Source: Clostridia bacterium
Lineage (GTDB): Bacteria; Bacillota; Clostridia; Oscillospirales; CAG-272
Assembly: GCA_017407835.1 (NCBI GenBank)
Contig: JAFQVV010000006.1
Location: 5,809-69,808 of the forward strand
DNA: 64,000 bases
Direction of reading: 5' to 3'
The notes under the pieces were generated by a model. It did no database searches and was not told where the DNA came from. It worked only from the letters and a program-made list of their open reading frames with translations. This document shows, piece by piece, positions 10,769 through 20,859 of the stretch (its first letter is position 1; every line of letters begins with the position of its first letter). The position numbers and the translations under genes were made by a program.

Positions 10769-11666
10769 GATCGGCAAACTGCTTGAGCCCGATTTGTGCG
10801 GGATCAAAGCGATCGGTCCCCAGCGAAAAGCCGAGCACACCCTCCGATGTGACAAAAACATCAATCGCAAAACCGCTCTGCAGCGAGAACAGCTCCGCCA
10901 AATGCAGTTCTGCCGCATCGGGGAAACGGGTGAGAAGAACATCCAGAGATGCAAACCCGACAGGCAGGGGCAGGCTGCTTTTGGCGCTGATGATCAATGC
11001 TGCATCGGCGGCACGCCCGCTTGCCGAAAAGGTCAGATCAGCATCCCGCAATGTGCGGCAAAGAAAAAGAGCCAGACAATACGCCGCACTGCACCATCGC
11101 TCACTTTGTCCCCCCATCTCCAACGCCCCAAAATAATCGGGCAGCATCAAGCGGGTTGGATATGTGCAAAGCGGAGGCATGGATAATATGCTCTCCAACA
11201 TAGCGCGCGGCGTCGCAGAAACGGCGGGCAATGCCCGCTTGGCAGTACACGCACAAAGGTTCGCCATCACCGCAGGCAGACATCGCGCATCGCTCGACTC
11301 TTTTATACGAACCCCTGCCGTACTCGGCGCAAGATAAAGGTCGGGCAGTGCGCCGCTGCGCACTGCCCATACCGCATCGGCAACCGGCACATCGGGGCAG
11401 AAAACACCACGGAAAGCACTGCATCCGAACAGGTTCGGCACAACCAAAACCGTCCGCTTTCCTCCACGGCAGGCCACAGCATACAGCACAGCCTTTTCGC
11501 CATCAGAAAAGCAAGGACGATCGCCCGCCGACAGCAGAAGCGGAAAATAATCACCCACATGAAGTGAGAGAGGGGCGGCGTGCACATAAAGCACCCGTCC
11601 CTCCCCATCACAGATCGCAGACGGCAATGCTGTCAATTGATCTGCAGATACATATTTCGGCATCAT
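10689..11666 (-). CDS. Hypothetical protein downstream of abrB
   Basis: 325-aa ORF starting 12 bp after abrB stop; weak PAS-like N-terminus (PSAICDGEGRVLYV); 3' end overlaps convergent ORF. Confidence 0.55.
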   Translation of the reverse strand: MMPKYVSADQLTALPSAICDGEGRVLYVHAAPLSLHVGDYFPLLLSAGDRPCFSDGEKAVLYAVACRGGKRTVLVVPNLFGCSAFRGVFCPDVPVADAVWAVRSGALPDLYLAPSTAGVRIKESSDARCLPAVMANLCACTAKRALPAVSATPRAMLESILSMPPLCTYPTRLMLPDYFGALEMGGQSERWCSAAYCLALFLCRTLRDADLTFSASGRAADAALIISAKSSLPLPVGFASLDVLLTRFPDAAELHLAELFSLQSGFAIDVFVTSEGVLGFSLGTDRFDPAQIGLKQFADLIRDEEAAEAAGEWCRLLLAAVQGCR

Positions 11667-11677
11667 GTTAATTTATC

Positions 11678-11923
11678 TTACAGTTCGTTCTTTAATTTTT
11701 CCAAGCAAGCCGAGCAAATGCGCTTACCTTTGAAGTGTACAACATTATCCACATTGTCACAGAAAATACAAGCGGGTGTGTACTTGGAAAGAATGATTCG
11801 CCCATCATCGACAAAAATCTCAAGGGCATCTTTGTCACTGATGTTCATAATTTTGCGCAAGTCCGCAGGAAGTACAATGCGGCCAAGTTGATCAACTCGA
11901 CGGATAATACCTGTGGATTTCAT
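11678..11923 (-). CDS. abrB: AbrB-family transition-state regulator
   Basis: MKSTGIIRRVDQLGRIVLPADLR signature and C-terminal CIFC...ICSAC; GGAGG RBS. Confidence 0.9.
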   Translation of the reverse strand: MKSTGIIRRVDQLGRIVLPADLRKIMNISDKDALEIFVDDGRIILSKYTPACIFCDNVDNVVHFKGKRICSACLEKLKNEL

Positions 11924-12121
11924 ACGGATAACCTCCCCAAAAAAATTTGTCAACAGGATAAACCACCTGTGTAATCAGTATACCATATTTCGCCTTTATT
12001 GTCAAGCGTTTGCCAAAATAATCAGGGCATTTTTTACAATATTGTTATAATTCTTCCATTCAAGTCGAATCATGGAATTTTCATCCTCCGACCTTATTTG
12101 CTGTCAACTCATGCAAACCGT

Positions 12122-12151
12122 GAATAAGCACCCCCGGGGATGCCAATACTA
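12122..12151 (+). promoter_or_regulatory. Putative forespore sigma (sigF/sigG-like) promoter
   Basis: GAATA-15 bp-GCCAATACTA resembles the Bacillus sigF consensus. Confidence 0.45.
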
Positions 12152-12188
12152 ACACAGGATGGAAAAATTCACCGAATTCAAGGAGAAA

Positions 12189-12470
12189 ATGTTCATGGTA
12201 AAAGGCTGTCAGCGAAGAATCATTCTGCTGCGCGGAACGGGAAGCGGAATGTTTGAAGAAGCATATTTCATCCTCAAGCCGGAAAAGGCACACCTTCCCG
12301 AGCAGATGATGATTGCCGAGGCCAACCGAATCGTCGAACAAAATCTGCTTCGTGGAGGCCGTCGCGAGAGAAGCACTCCGCAAAAGCCTTCCGGGAAATT
12401 GCTTGCTTTTTTACTCGGTTTAATGTCAGGAAGCGCTTGCCTTGGTCTGCTTTGGCTGTTTTTGGGGTAA
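12189..12470 (+). CDS. Conserved hypothetical membrane protein
   Basis: AAGGAG RBS; MVKGCQRRIILLR...FEEAYFILK motif; C-terminal TM helix. Confidence 0.7.
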   Translation: MFMVKGCQRRIILLRGTGSGMFEEAYFILKPEKAHLPEQMMIAEANRIVEQNLLRGGRRERSTPQKPSGKLLAFLLGLMSGSACLGLLWLFLG

Positions 12471-12499
12471 GCCTATTTTGCCTCAGGCGAATTCTCCCC

Positions 12500-12528
12500 T
12501 TGACAAATTGCTCCCTATCGTGTATAAT
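12500..12528 (+). promoter_or_regulatory. Sigma-A promoter of rnj
   Basis: TTGACA-17 bp-TATAAT about 300 nt upstream of the start codon. Confidence 0.8.
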
Positions 12529-12832
12529 AATGGTAACTCTATTGACCGTATTCCCCGTTTAACCCAATTTTTACCTCAGGCTATGGCAGATGTGCGTGGT
12601 CTTCCATGGCATGAGGTTGCTTTCTGCGTGTCATTTTTCGCGCCGTTCCATCATCGGCGGCGAAAGTTCTCCGTCCGCTTTTCAAAGTGAAAAATCGGGC
12701 AGAGAACATCAAGCATTTCCCCGCAATCGACGGGGGCATCTTTTTGCGCGCAAATTTTATGACAACATACAACCACGCCTCACATACAGCAAAGAAAGGA
12801 ACCCCGCCTTCTCTGCGGGAACAGGTATAACT

Positions 12833-14512
12833 ATGGCAAAAAAAGAAAAAGAGTTAGGCAAGCTTCGCATCATATCATTGGGCGGCCTCAACGAGGTCGG
12901 CAAAAATATAACGGTCATCGAGTATGGGAATGACATTATCATCGTCGACTGCGGTCTGGGTTTCCCCGATGAAGAAATGCTGGGCATTGATCTGGTCATC
13001 CCCGATATCACATATCTGGAAAAAAATCAGGACCGCATCCGCGGCCTTCTGCTTACGCATGGGCATGAAGATCACATCGGCGCCATTCCGTATATTCTGC
13101 GCACCATCAATCCTCCTATCTACGGGACAAAGCTGACGCTGGGCATTCTGCGCAACAAGCTCGCCGAGCATCGCCTGCCCGCACAGCCCAAACTCAATGT
13201 TGTCTCAGCGGGCGATGTGGTCAAGCTGGGCGCGCTGAGTGCCGAATTTATCCGAGTCAACCACTCCATCGCCGATGCCTGCTGTCTTGCCATCCGTACG
13301 CCGCTGGGTACGCTGGTGCACACAGGCGACTTTAAGCTTGACATTTCCCCCATCGACGGCGAGATGATGGACCTCACCCGCTTGGGCGAAATCGGTCGGG
13401 AAGGCGTACTTCTGCTGATGTGTGAATCGACCAACGCAGAACGGCACGGATTTACCCCGTCCGAGCGCAAAGTCGGTGAATCACTGGAGTATATCTTTAC
13501 GCGAAACGCCGACAAGCGGCTGGTCATTGCAACATTTTCCTCCAATGTTCACCGTGTGCAGCAAATCATCGATGCATCCGCCAACCACGGACGAAAGGTT
13601 GCCATCACCGGGCGCAGTATGCTCAATGTCGTCGGTGCCGCCGTGGAACTCGGCTATATGAAGGTTCCCTCGGGTGTGCTGATTGATATTGCCGACATCC
13701 GCCGCTATAAACCGGAGGAGCTGACCATTATCACCACGGGAAGCCAGGGAGAACCGATGTCCGCCCTCTACCGCATGGCATGGGGGGAGCACGACAAGGT
13801 GACTCTGGGACGTCAGGATCTGGTTGTCCTCAGCTCCAGTGCAATTCCGGGCAACGAAAAACTGGTGGGCCGCGTCATCAACGAGCTCTCCAAAAACGGT
13901 GTCAGCGTTCTGCACGACTCGGTGGTTGAAGTGCACGTTTCGGGCCATGCCTGCCAGGAAGAACTCAAGCTGATGCAGGCGCTGACCAAGCCCAAATATT
14001 TTATGCCCATCCACGGTGAATTTCGCCATCTGGCAGCCAACCGTGAATTGGCGCTGTATATGGGCATTGAGGACCGCAACATCTTCATCTCCGACATCGG
14101 CCGTGTGCTGGAAATCGATCAGCACGGTGCGCGCTTCAACGGAACGGTTCCGTCAGGCAAAGTGCTCGTCGACGGCTACGGCGTCGGCGACGTGGGCAAC
14201 ATTGTTCTCCGCGATCGCCGTCATCTCTCGCAGGATGGGCTGATCGTCATTGTGGCAACCGTTGACATTGAGGAAGGCATGATCCTCTCGGGACCCGACA
14301 TCATCTCGCGCGGTTTTGTTTATGTGCGTGAATCGGAGGAACTGATGGAGCAGGCCCGCAAGCTTGCCCTTGATGCACTGACCGACTGCATGGATACCGG
14401 TGTTATCGACCGCATGGAAATCAAGAGCAAGGTCAAGGACGACCTCTCCAAATTCCTCTACACCAAGACAAAACGCAAACCAATGATTCTGCCTGTCATC
14501 ATGAACGTTTGA
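12833..14512 (+). CDS. rnj: Ribonuclease J
   Basis: LGGLNEVGKN, THGHEDHIG, HTGDFK, ESTN, HVSGH and PIHGE metallo-beta-lactamase/beta-CASP motifs. Confidence 0.96.
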   Translation: MAKKEKELGKLRIISLGGLNEVGKNITVIEYGNDIIIVDCGLGFPDEEMLGIDLVIPDITYLEKNQDRIRGLLLTHGHEDHIGAIPYILRTINPPIYGTKLTLGILRNKLAEHRLPAQPKLNVVSAGDVVKLGALSAEFIRVNHSIADACCLAIRTPLGTLVHTGDFKLDISPIDGEMMDLTRLGEIGREGVLLLMCESTNAERHGFTPSERKVGESLEYIFTRNADKRLVIATFSSNVHRVQQIIDASANHGRKVAITGRSMLNVVGAAVELGYMKVPSGVLIDIADIRRYKPEELTIITTGSQGEPMSALYRMAWGEHDKVTLGRQDLVVLSSSAIPGNEKLVGRVINELSKNGVSVLHDSVVEVHVSGHACQEELKLMQALTKPKYFMPIHGEFRHLAANRELALYMGIEDRNIFISDIGRVLEIDQHGARFNGTVPSGKVLVDGYGVGDVGNIVLRDRRHLSQDGLIVIVATVDIEEGMILSGPDIISRGFVYVRESEELMEQARKLALDALTDCMDTGVIDRMEIKSKVKDDLSKFLYTKTKRKPMILPVIMNV

Positions 14513-14674
14513 TGCCAACCGCGATGCGGAGATTCTCCGCATCGTGTACATAAATTTATGCAATATTCATGTATTGTTCACAATATCATCACGAAGTATC
14601 GGTATAATGAAAAGACGTATTGGTTTTTTACAATATTCGATGTTTAAAAATTAAGAAAAGGCGGTATTCCTACC

Positions 14675-16150
14675 ATGGGTAACACCAAGAAAAAGACCTC
14701 CGGCAAAGATCTCGGTATGAAGATCTTTTTGATTGCAGTTATTGCTATTGTTGTGCTGGCACTCGGCACAAGTCTGATCAACAACTCCGGCTTGCTTCTG
14801 CACACCTTCAACCCCGTCACGTCGGAGAATTTCACCATCAACGGCGCGATGATGAACTATTTCTATAAGACCACCTACTACAACTTTGTCAGCCAGATGG
14901 GCGACTATCTTTCTTACTTTGGTCTTGACACCTCGATTCCGCTGAAAAATCAAGACTATCTTGACGGCACACAGACCTGGCATGACTATTTCCTCTCCTC
15001 CACAACCGAGCAGGCCAAGGAGCTTCTCGTTCTCGCTGAAGCTGCAAAAGCTGCAGGCCTGGAATTGACCGAGGAAGATATCACGGCGATTGACGAAAGC
15101 ATTGCATCCCTCGAAGAAACCGCTGTTGCTTACGGCTACACAACCGCCGCATCCTTTATTTCTGCTCAGTATGGTGCCGGTGTCAAGGTAAAAGATATCC
15201 GCTCCGCAATGGAACTCTCCACGCTGGCCGGCAAGTACTCTACCAAAATCTCCGATGAGATCACTATCACCGAGGATGAAATCAATACCTATTTTGAGGA
15301 AAACCGCGAAACCTATACCATGGTTGACCTGCGCCAGTTCACCTTCGCTGCAAGTGAGGTAGAACTTGCCGAAGCAACCGATGAAGAGAAGGAAGCAATC
15401 GACGCTTCTCTCAAAGAAAAGGCCGATGCCCTCGCAGCATGCACATCGGTTGAGGAGTATGAGGCTTACCTCACCGAGTATATGAAGAGCACAACTGCCG
15501 ACGGTGTTGAAATCACCGAGGAAAATATCGCCAGCAATCTTGCATCGACCGAGTATGCCGGCTATACCTCCCGCGATACCGATCAGGGCAAGTGGGCATT
15601 TGAAGAAGGCCGCAAGGTTGGCGACACCTTTATCGTGGCAGATGAAAGCACGCTCGCTTATACGGTTTATATAGTTGAGCGCACCGAATACCGCGACGAG
15701 ACCGCAACCCGCAATATCCGCCACATCCTTTTCCTCTCTTCACAGCACACCGATGCCGCAGGTGCTCTGGTCGAGGCTGAAAAAATTCTTGCCGAGTATG
15801 AAGCAGGTGAGAAAACCGAAGACGCATTCGCCGCACTGGCAAACAAGTACTCCGAGGACACCGGCTCTAACACCAACGGCGGTTTGTATGAGAACGTATA
15901 TGCCGGCGATATGGTTGAAGAATTCGACGCTTGGCTCTTTGACGATGCACGTCAGGTCGGCGATGTTGAAATTGTGGAAACAGCTGACTACGGTGCACAT
16001 ATCATGTACTATGTCGGCGAAGGCGAACCCCAATGGAAGCTTTCCGTTGAGAGTGCACTGACCAGCGAAAAGTACACCGCTGCGTACGAAGCAGTTGCCG
16101 CAACCATTGAGGTTGCACAGAATGACTTTGCTCTCAAGCTGGTTGGCTAA
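14675..16150 (+). CDS. Membrane-anchored PrsA/SurA-like peptidyl-prolyl isomerase
   Basis: N-terminal TM; RNIRHIL, ANKYSED, MVEEFDAW and YGAHIM parvulin motifs. Confidence 0.85.
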   Translation: MGNTKKKTSGKDLGMKIFLIAVIAIVVLALGTSLINNSGLLLHTFNPVTSENFTINGAMMNYFYKTTYYNFVSQMGDYLSYFGLDTSIPLKNQDYLDGTQTWHDYFLSSTTEQAKELLVLAEAAKAAGLELTEEDITAIDESIASLEETAVAYGYTTAASFISAQYGAGVKVKDIRSAMELSTLAGKYSTKISDEITITEDEINTYFEENRETYTMVDLRQFTFAASEVELAEATDEEKEAIDASLKEKADALAACTSVEEYEAYLTEYMKSTTADGVEITEENIASNLASTEYAGYTSRDTDQGKWAFEEGRKVGDTFIVADESTLAYTVYIVERTEYRDETATRNIRHILFLSSQHTDAAGALVEAEKILAEYEAGEKTEDAFAALANKYSEDTGSNTNGGLYENVYAGDMVEEFDAWLFDDARQVGDVEIVETADYGAHIMYYVGEGEPQWKLSVESALTSEKYTAAYEAVAATIEVAQNDFALKLVG

Positions 16151-16176
16151 ATCAAACCTAAACCAAACATATATAA

Positions 16177-16212
16177 CGGGGATTGTCGCACGGTGTGCGG
16201 CAATCCCCGTTC
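16177..16212 (+). terminator. Intrinsic terminator
   Basis: ACGGGGATTGTCGCAC/GTGCGGCAATCCCCGT inverted repeat. Confidence 0.7.
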
Positions 16213-16271
16213 ATGTTTCGGAAAACATGCAAATATTTTTCGCCCAATTCCCAAAAATTTCGCGATTTTAA

Positions 16272-16300
16272 TTGACAAATGACACACACTGTGCTATACT
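16272..16300 (+). promoter_or_regulatory. Sigma-A promoter of TPP riboswitch-thiT
   Basis: TTGACA-17 bp-TATACT with TG extended -10. Confidence 0.8.
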
Positions 16301-16327
16301 ATTGCCATCGCACAGGAATTGAATAAG

Positions 16328-16414
16328 CAAACAGGGGTGCTGACGACGGTCGGCTGAGATGGGCTTTGCCCGAACCCTTTAACCTGATTCGGATAATACC
16401 GGCGTAGGGAGTTT
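16328..16414 (+). promoter_or_regulatory. TPP riboswitch
   Basis: GGGGTGC...GGCTGAGA...ACCC...ACCTGAT...GGATAATACC.GCGTAGGGA core, upstream of a thiamine transporter. Confidence 0.95.
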
Positions 16415-16492
16415 TATGGAGTTGGACGCGTCACTTCGATACAACCGCACGGGTATATTCCCGTGCGATAATTTTTTATCGGAGGTGTTTTT

Positions 16493-17143
16493 GTGAAAAA
16501 AACCAAAACACAGCGTCTCATTCTGACCGCGATGATGCTCGCGGTCGCCACAGTCATCGCCCTGCTCTGTCAGGCAATTCCCTTCATCAACGCGGCATTC
16601 GGCGGCGGCTTCACGGTGGCAAGTATGCTGCCCATCGTTATCATCGCCTATATGTTTGGCACCAAGTGGGGGCTTTTCTGCGGTCTGGTCTACGCCGTTC
16701 TGCAAATGCTGATGGGCTACAGCACCGTATCGGCCTTCTTCATGCCCTCCAGTGACAGCTACATGGTCTTCGGACACGCAATTCTCGTCATTCTCATCGA
16801 CTACATCATCGCCTACACCCTGCTCGGCACGGGCGGTATTTTCCGCCATCGGCTGTCCAAAACGCCCGCGCTCTGTCTCGGCTGCGTAGTCGCACTCAGC
16901 CTGCGCTACCTGGCGCACGTCATTTCCGGTACCATCTTTTTCGGCACATGGGCAGAGTGGTTCTTCTCGGAGATGGGCAGCTTCGGCGAGTCGATTCTGG
17001 GCACCTTCTCGGGCACATCGCTCTCGCTTGTCTACTCACTCTTCTACAACGGCATGTACATGATCCCCGAGATCATCGTAACCACCATCGTCGCGGCTGT
17101 CATCGCACATCTGCCGCAGATTGCCATTTGCGAAGTGGAATAA
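16493..17143 (+). CDS. thiT: ECF transporter S-component for thiamine
   Basis: FGGGFTVASMLP, DYIIAY, HVISG and SLFYNG motifs; TPP riboswitch upstream. Confidence 0.9.
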   Translation: MKKTKTQRLILTAMMLAVATVIALLCQAIPFINAAFGGGFTVASMLPIVIIAYMFGTKWGLFCGLVYAVLQMLMGYSTVSAFFMPSSDSYMVFGHAILVILIDYIIAYTLLGTGGIFRHRLSKTPALCLGCVVALSLRYLAHVISGTIFFGTWAEWFFSEMGSFGESILGTFSGTSLSLVYSLFYNGMYMIPEIIVTTIVAAVIAHLPQIAICEVE

Positions 17144-17204
17144 ACACATACCCGAAGGGGGTGCCTCGCCCATTTGCGCGGCACCCCCTTTTCCTATCCA
17201 CAAA

Positions 17205-18461
17205 TTATTCGGGAATAACAATTTTACCGTCATCGGTAATCGTATATCCATATGGTGACACCGTATAGCCGGTGACCTGATGCTCGCCGATGCTGTAAAA
17301 TACATACCCCGTCATCCCGGCTGCCGTTTCATCATCGCAGCAGTCTGTGGCGCAAATAAACATCACCGTTTCGCTGTCGGCAGTCCACACCACATCACGA
17401 ATGGCACACACCGGCAAATCTGTGGGAAGCGACAAGAGTGAACCGCTCTCCCCGCCATCGGCGTAAAGCTGGCTCAACCCGAACTCCATCGGCGTCTGCG
17501 TCAGTGTAATCAGTTTCATTCGATCGGGCGACCAATACGCCGCCGTACGATTCGACCATTCACGGTTAGCCTTACAGGCTGCCGCAATAGACTCGATCAC
17601 CTCGGCACGCCCCTGCCAACTGCACGCCTGCAGCAGCGGCGCCTCAACAAAATCAACCTCTTCATCATCTGCGGTCAAACGGTTGGAAAGTGCAATCACT
17701 TCTCCGTCGGTCCAAAATCCACCATACACCTGTTCGCTGATTCCCTCCCCACCGATACGGCTGTCATCGATGCGGCAAATGAGTTGGAGCGAAGACAACA
17801 CGCGTTCCGCAATGATATCCACCAAATACAGCCCGTTTTCCTCCACGCGTGCCAGACGAATCTGTGCACGCATCCCAGCCGAAACCGCCGCAAAAAAATC
17901 ATCGAGTGCAGCAATGCCCTCCTCGGTGAGCGCATCGGGGAAAATCACACCGTCCTCTGCGGCCTGCTCGGCAGTATAATCTTCAGGCAACTGCTCAAGG
18001 GCAGAAAATCCATAGGGAGAATCGGCAGAAACACGCGACTGCCCCATCGAAAATTCCGCCGCATAAACCGTATCGTTCAGCTCCTTCACAATGCGATATT
18101 CTCCATCCGAAAAGGCATAATCGAGGATGCCGAGATGAACGGTAAATGAAGAGGTTCCTCCGGCGCCCAGACTATACAGGGGCTGAATCCAAGCGACATT
18201 TTCAACAAAAGGAATTTTCACCCACACACCGTTTCGATAGGTCTCCATTTCCCATTCCGCACCATATTCAACCGATGCCGGAGAATTATTGCGAATGAAT
18301 ACGTTGATCTGCTCGATATCGCAACTGTAAACAGAAAACTGTGTTTCGATCGCAACATCACCTGACGTAACCGGGATATGTGTCGAAGGAACAAGCCCAT
18401 CACAGGCATTCAATACAAGCAAAACCAGAATAAGCAAAAAAGGAAAGCATCTCCGCTTCAT
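17205..18461 (-). CDS. Lipoprotein with N-terminal bacterial Ig-like domain
   Basis: GGAGGTG RBS; lipobox LNAC; I-x-N...YG..W...W...GEYRIVK Ig-like pattern. Confidence 0.7.
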   Translation of the reverse strand: MKRRCFPFLLILVLLVLNACDGLVPSTHIPVTSGDVAIETQFSVYSCDIEQINVFIRNNSPASVEYGAEWEMETYRNGVWVKIPFVENVAWIQPLYSLGAGGTSSFTVHLGILDYAFSDGEYRIVKELNDTVYAAEFSMGQSRVSADSPYGFSALEQLPEDYTAEQAAEDGVIFPDALTEEGIAALDDFFAAVSAGMRAQIRLARVEENGLYLVDIIAERVLSSLQLICRIDDSRIGGEGISEQVYGGFWTDGEVIALSNRLTADDEEVDFVEAPLLQACSWQGRAEVIESIAAACKANREWSNRTAAYWSPDRMKLITLTQTPMEFGLSQLYADGGESGSLLSLPTDLPVCAIRDVVWTADSETVMFICATDCCDDETAAGMTGYVFYSIGEHQVTGYTVSPYGYTITDDGKIVIPE

Positions 18462-18619
18462 GCAATCACCTCCGAAAATTTTTCCATAAGTAAGACGTAA
18501 AACCATATATTTTGTTCCCGAAGTCAGAAAAAACCACATCTTCTATTGACAAAAATCGGTATTTTTGCTTTAATATTATTCGGAAATTTGGAAACATTCG
18601 CAAATATGAGGTGAAAATT

Positions 18620-19846
18620 ATGAATCTTCCCGCGCTTCGTCAGCAGCGTATCCTGCGGCTGATGTGCAGTCTCATTTATTTTACAAAATACTTAACTCGC
18701 TCCAATTACGCCGCCGTCATTCTGGCCATCTGCGAGGATCTTTCTCTCTCCCGTGCCGAGGCCGGTCTTGCTGTCACCGGGAGTTTTTTCACCTACGCCA
18801 TCGGCCAGCTGGTCTGCGGCATCCTGGGCGACCGCATCTCCCCCAAGAACATGATCTGCATCGGTCTGATCGGCACCGCTGTCTGTAATATTGCGCTGCC
18901 CTTCTTCTCCTCGGCTCTGCTGATCGCCCTGATCTGGTGTATTAACGGCTTCTTCCAGGCGATGGTGTGGCCCCCGCTGGTGCGCATTCTGGCCGAAAAC
19001 CTCAATGAATCCGACTATATGGATGCCTGCTCCGAGGTCTATGCCGCATCTTCCATTGCGATAATCGTAACCTATCTCACCGTCCCGCTCTTTTTGCAAA
19101 TCTCCGACTGGCGCATGGCCTTCTTCTTCCCCGCCGCACTGACCATCCTCTTCACGGTGCTGTGGATGATCGTTCTTCCCCGCCTTTCCCTGAATACCCC
19201 CACCAAGCGTTCGGCAGTCCCTACCCCTACCGCGTCCAAGGCACAGCCAATTTTCCCTCTGCTGATGCGTTCCGGGACATGGATGCTTCTGCTTCCCGTT
19301 CTCTTCCATGGCCTTCTGCGGGACGGCATCACCACATGGCTCCCCTCCTGTGTGGCTGACCTGGGCGGTCTGGACACCTCCTCCTCCATCCTCTCGGCGG
19401 TGGTCCTGCCCATCTTCAGCATTATCTGCGTCCGCCTCGCAGCTGTGCTCTTCCGCCGTATGCGGCACGAGACTACCGAGTGTGCCCTGCTGTTCGGCAT
19501 CAGCACAGCGGCGGCCCTGGTCATGTTCATCTGGCTGGATGCCAACGCCCTGCTGCTGGTGACCTGCATGGCCATCATCACCGGCGGAATGAATGGAATC
19601 AACCTCTTACTTATCTCCCGTCTTCCCGGCCATTTTGCCATCCACGGCTGTGTGGCGGGAATGTCCGGCCTGCTCAACTGTGTCACCTACGTAGGCTCAG
19701 CCCTTTCCACCTACGCCATCGCAGCCGTGTCGGAGAATTTCGGCTGGAGTCCTACCGTTATGATATGGGCTATCGCCGCCGCCGTCAGCGGTTTACTGTG
19801 CATGGCTGCCCATCGGACTTGGCTGAAGTTTAAGAAGGAAGGGTAA
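18620..19846 (+). CDS. MFS transporter
   Basis: About 12 TM helices; motif A GILGDRISPK; GAGGTG RBS. Confidence 0.9.
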   Translation: MNLPALRQQRILRLMCSLIYFTKYLTRSNYAAVILAICEDLSLSRAEAGLAVTGSFFTYAIGQLVCGILGDRISPKNMICIGLIGTAVCNIALPFFSSALLIALIWCINGFFQAMVWPPLVRILAENLNESDYMDACSEVYAASSIAIIVTYLTVPLFLQISDWRMAFFFPAALTILFTVLWMIVLPRLSLNTPTKRSAVPTPTASKAQPIFPLLMRSGTWMLLLPVLFHGLLRDGITTWLPSCVADLGGLDTSSSILSAVVLPIFSIICVRLAAVLFRRMRHETTECALLFGISTAAALVMFIWLDANALLLVTCMAIITGGMNGINLLLISRLPGHFAIHGCVAGMSGLLNCVTYVGSALSTYAIAAVSENFGWSPTVMIWAIAAAVSGLLCMAAHRTWLKFKKEG

Positions 19847-20057
19847 TTATGGGAAAGAGGTGCCTTTTGACAAAGGCACCTCTTTCGGTTTGTCCTTTGT
19901 TGGGGAAATATTCCATCCCCGCCTGCGAAATGCAATCGTAGAGCCGCAAGGCCTATTTCGGGAGGGCACAACCCGTCTTTAATTTGCCGCCAACTGTGCG
20001 TGCCGTGCCCATACTCCCATCCCGCGAAAACTTTCCCAAAATTTTTTCAAAAAACCC

Positions 20058-20086
20058 TTGACAAAGCGGACGGGCTGTGCTATAAT
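20058..20086 (+). promoter_or_regulatory. Sigma-A promoter of rplJL
   Basis: TTGACA-17 bp-TATAAT with TG extension. Confidence 0.85.
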
Positions 20087-20097
20087 AGCCCTGTTAA

Positions 20098-20230
20098 TCC
20101 TAAGACAGCAGGTTCCCGTAAAAGCGGCGACGCTTTCCTGCCGAGGTGCGACCCCTTTTCATGACAAATATCATGTGTGGTCTTTCCTCGGAGGCGGTGT
20201 GCCGTCACGGGAGAAAGATTTTTTTATGCT
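20098..20230 (+). promoter_or_regulatory. Ribosomal protein L10 leader
   Basis: TAAGACAGCAGG...CCTGCCGAGG motif, followed by a U-rich terminator-like segment, directly upstream of rplJ. Confidence 0.85.
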
Positions 20231-20256
20231 CATTTTCACAATCGGGAGGTGAAATC

Positions 20257-20784
20257 ATGCCCAGCAAAGCTATACTCGAACAAAAGCAGAAGGCCGTTGC
20301 AGAACTGGCGGAGAAGATGAAGAATGCCGCATCCGGCGTCCTCGTTAACTACCAGGGTATCACGGTCGAAGACGACACCAAGATGCGTGCAGCACTCCGT
20401 GCAGCAGGCGTTGAGTACATGGTTGTTAAGAACACCCTGACCGGTCGTGCATGCGACGAAGTTGGTTTCGGCGATATGAAGCAGTACCTCAGCGGTATGA
20501 CTGCTATCGCAATCAGCAACGAAGATCCCATCGCACCCGCAAAGGTACTCAAGAAGTACGCAGAGAAGGTTGAGTCCTTCAAGATTCTGTCCGGCTTCCT
20601 CGACGGCGCGGTTGTCGATGAGAAGACGGTCAACGAATTGGCTGACATTCCGTCCAAGGAAGTGCTCATCGCCAAGATGCTTGGAAGCCTGCAGTCCTCT
20701 CTCTACGGACTCGCATATGTACTCCAGGCAAAGATCGACAAAGAAAACGGCGGCGCAGAAGAGGCCGCTCCCGCAGAGGCGTAA
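20257..20784 (+). CDS. rplJ: 50S ribosomal protein L10
   Basis: YQGITV, VVKNTL and LADIPSKE motifs; GGAGGTG RBS. Confidence 0.97.
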   Translation: MPSKAILEQKQKAVAELAEKMKNAASGVLVNYQGITVEDDTKMRAALRAAGVEYMVVKNTLTGRACDEVGFGDMKQYLSGMTAIAISNEDPIAPAKVLKKYAEKVESFKILSGFLDGAVVDEKTVNELADIPSKEVLIAKMLGSLQSSLYGLAYVLQAKIDKENGGAEEAAPAEA

Positions 20785-20859
20785 GCCCTGCCTGCCGATA
20801 CACATCGGTTCATTTCGCCCACAAGGGCATCATTACGTTTTACACAGGAGGATATTATC

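Noticed and set aside
11930-12120. Spo0A boxes upstream of abrB
   Set aside because: Only partial matches (for example AGTCGAA) and no exact TGNCGAA seen; cannot be supported by eye.
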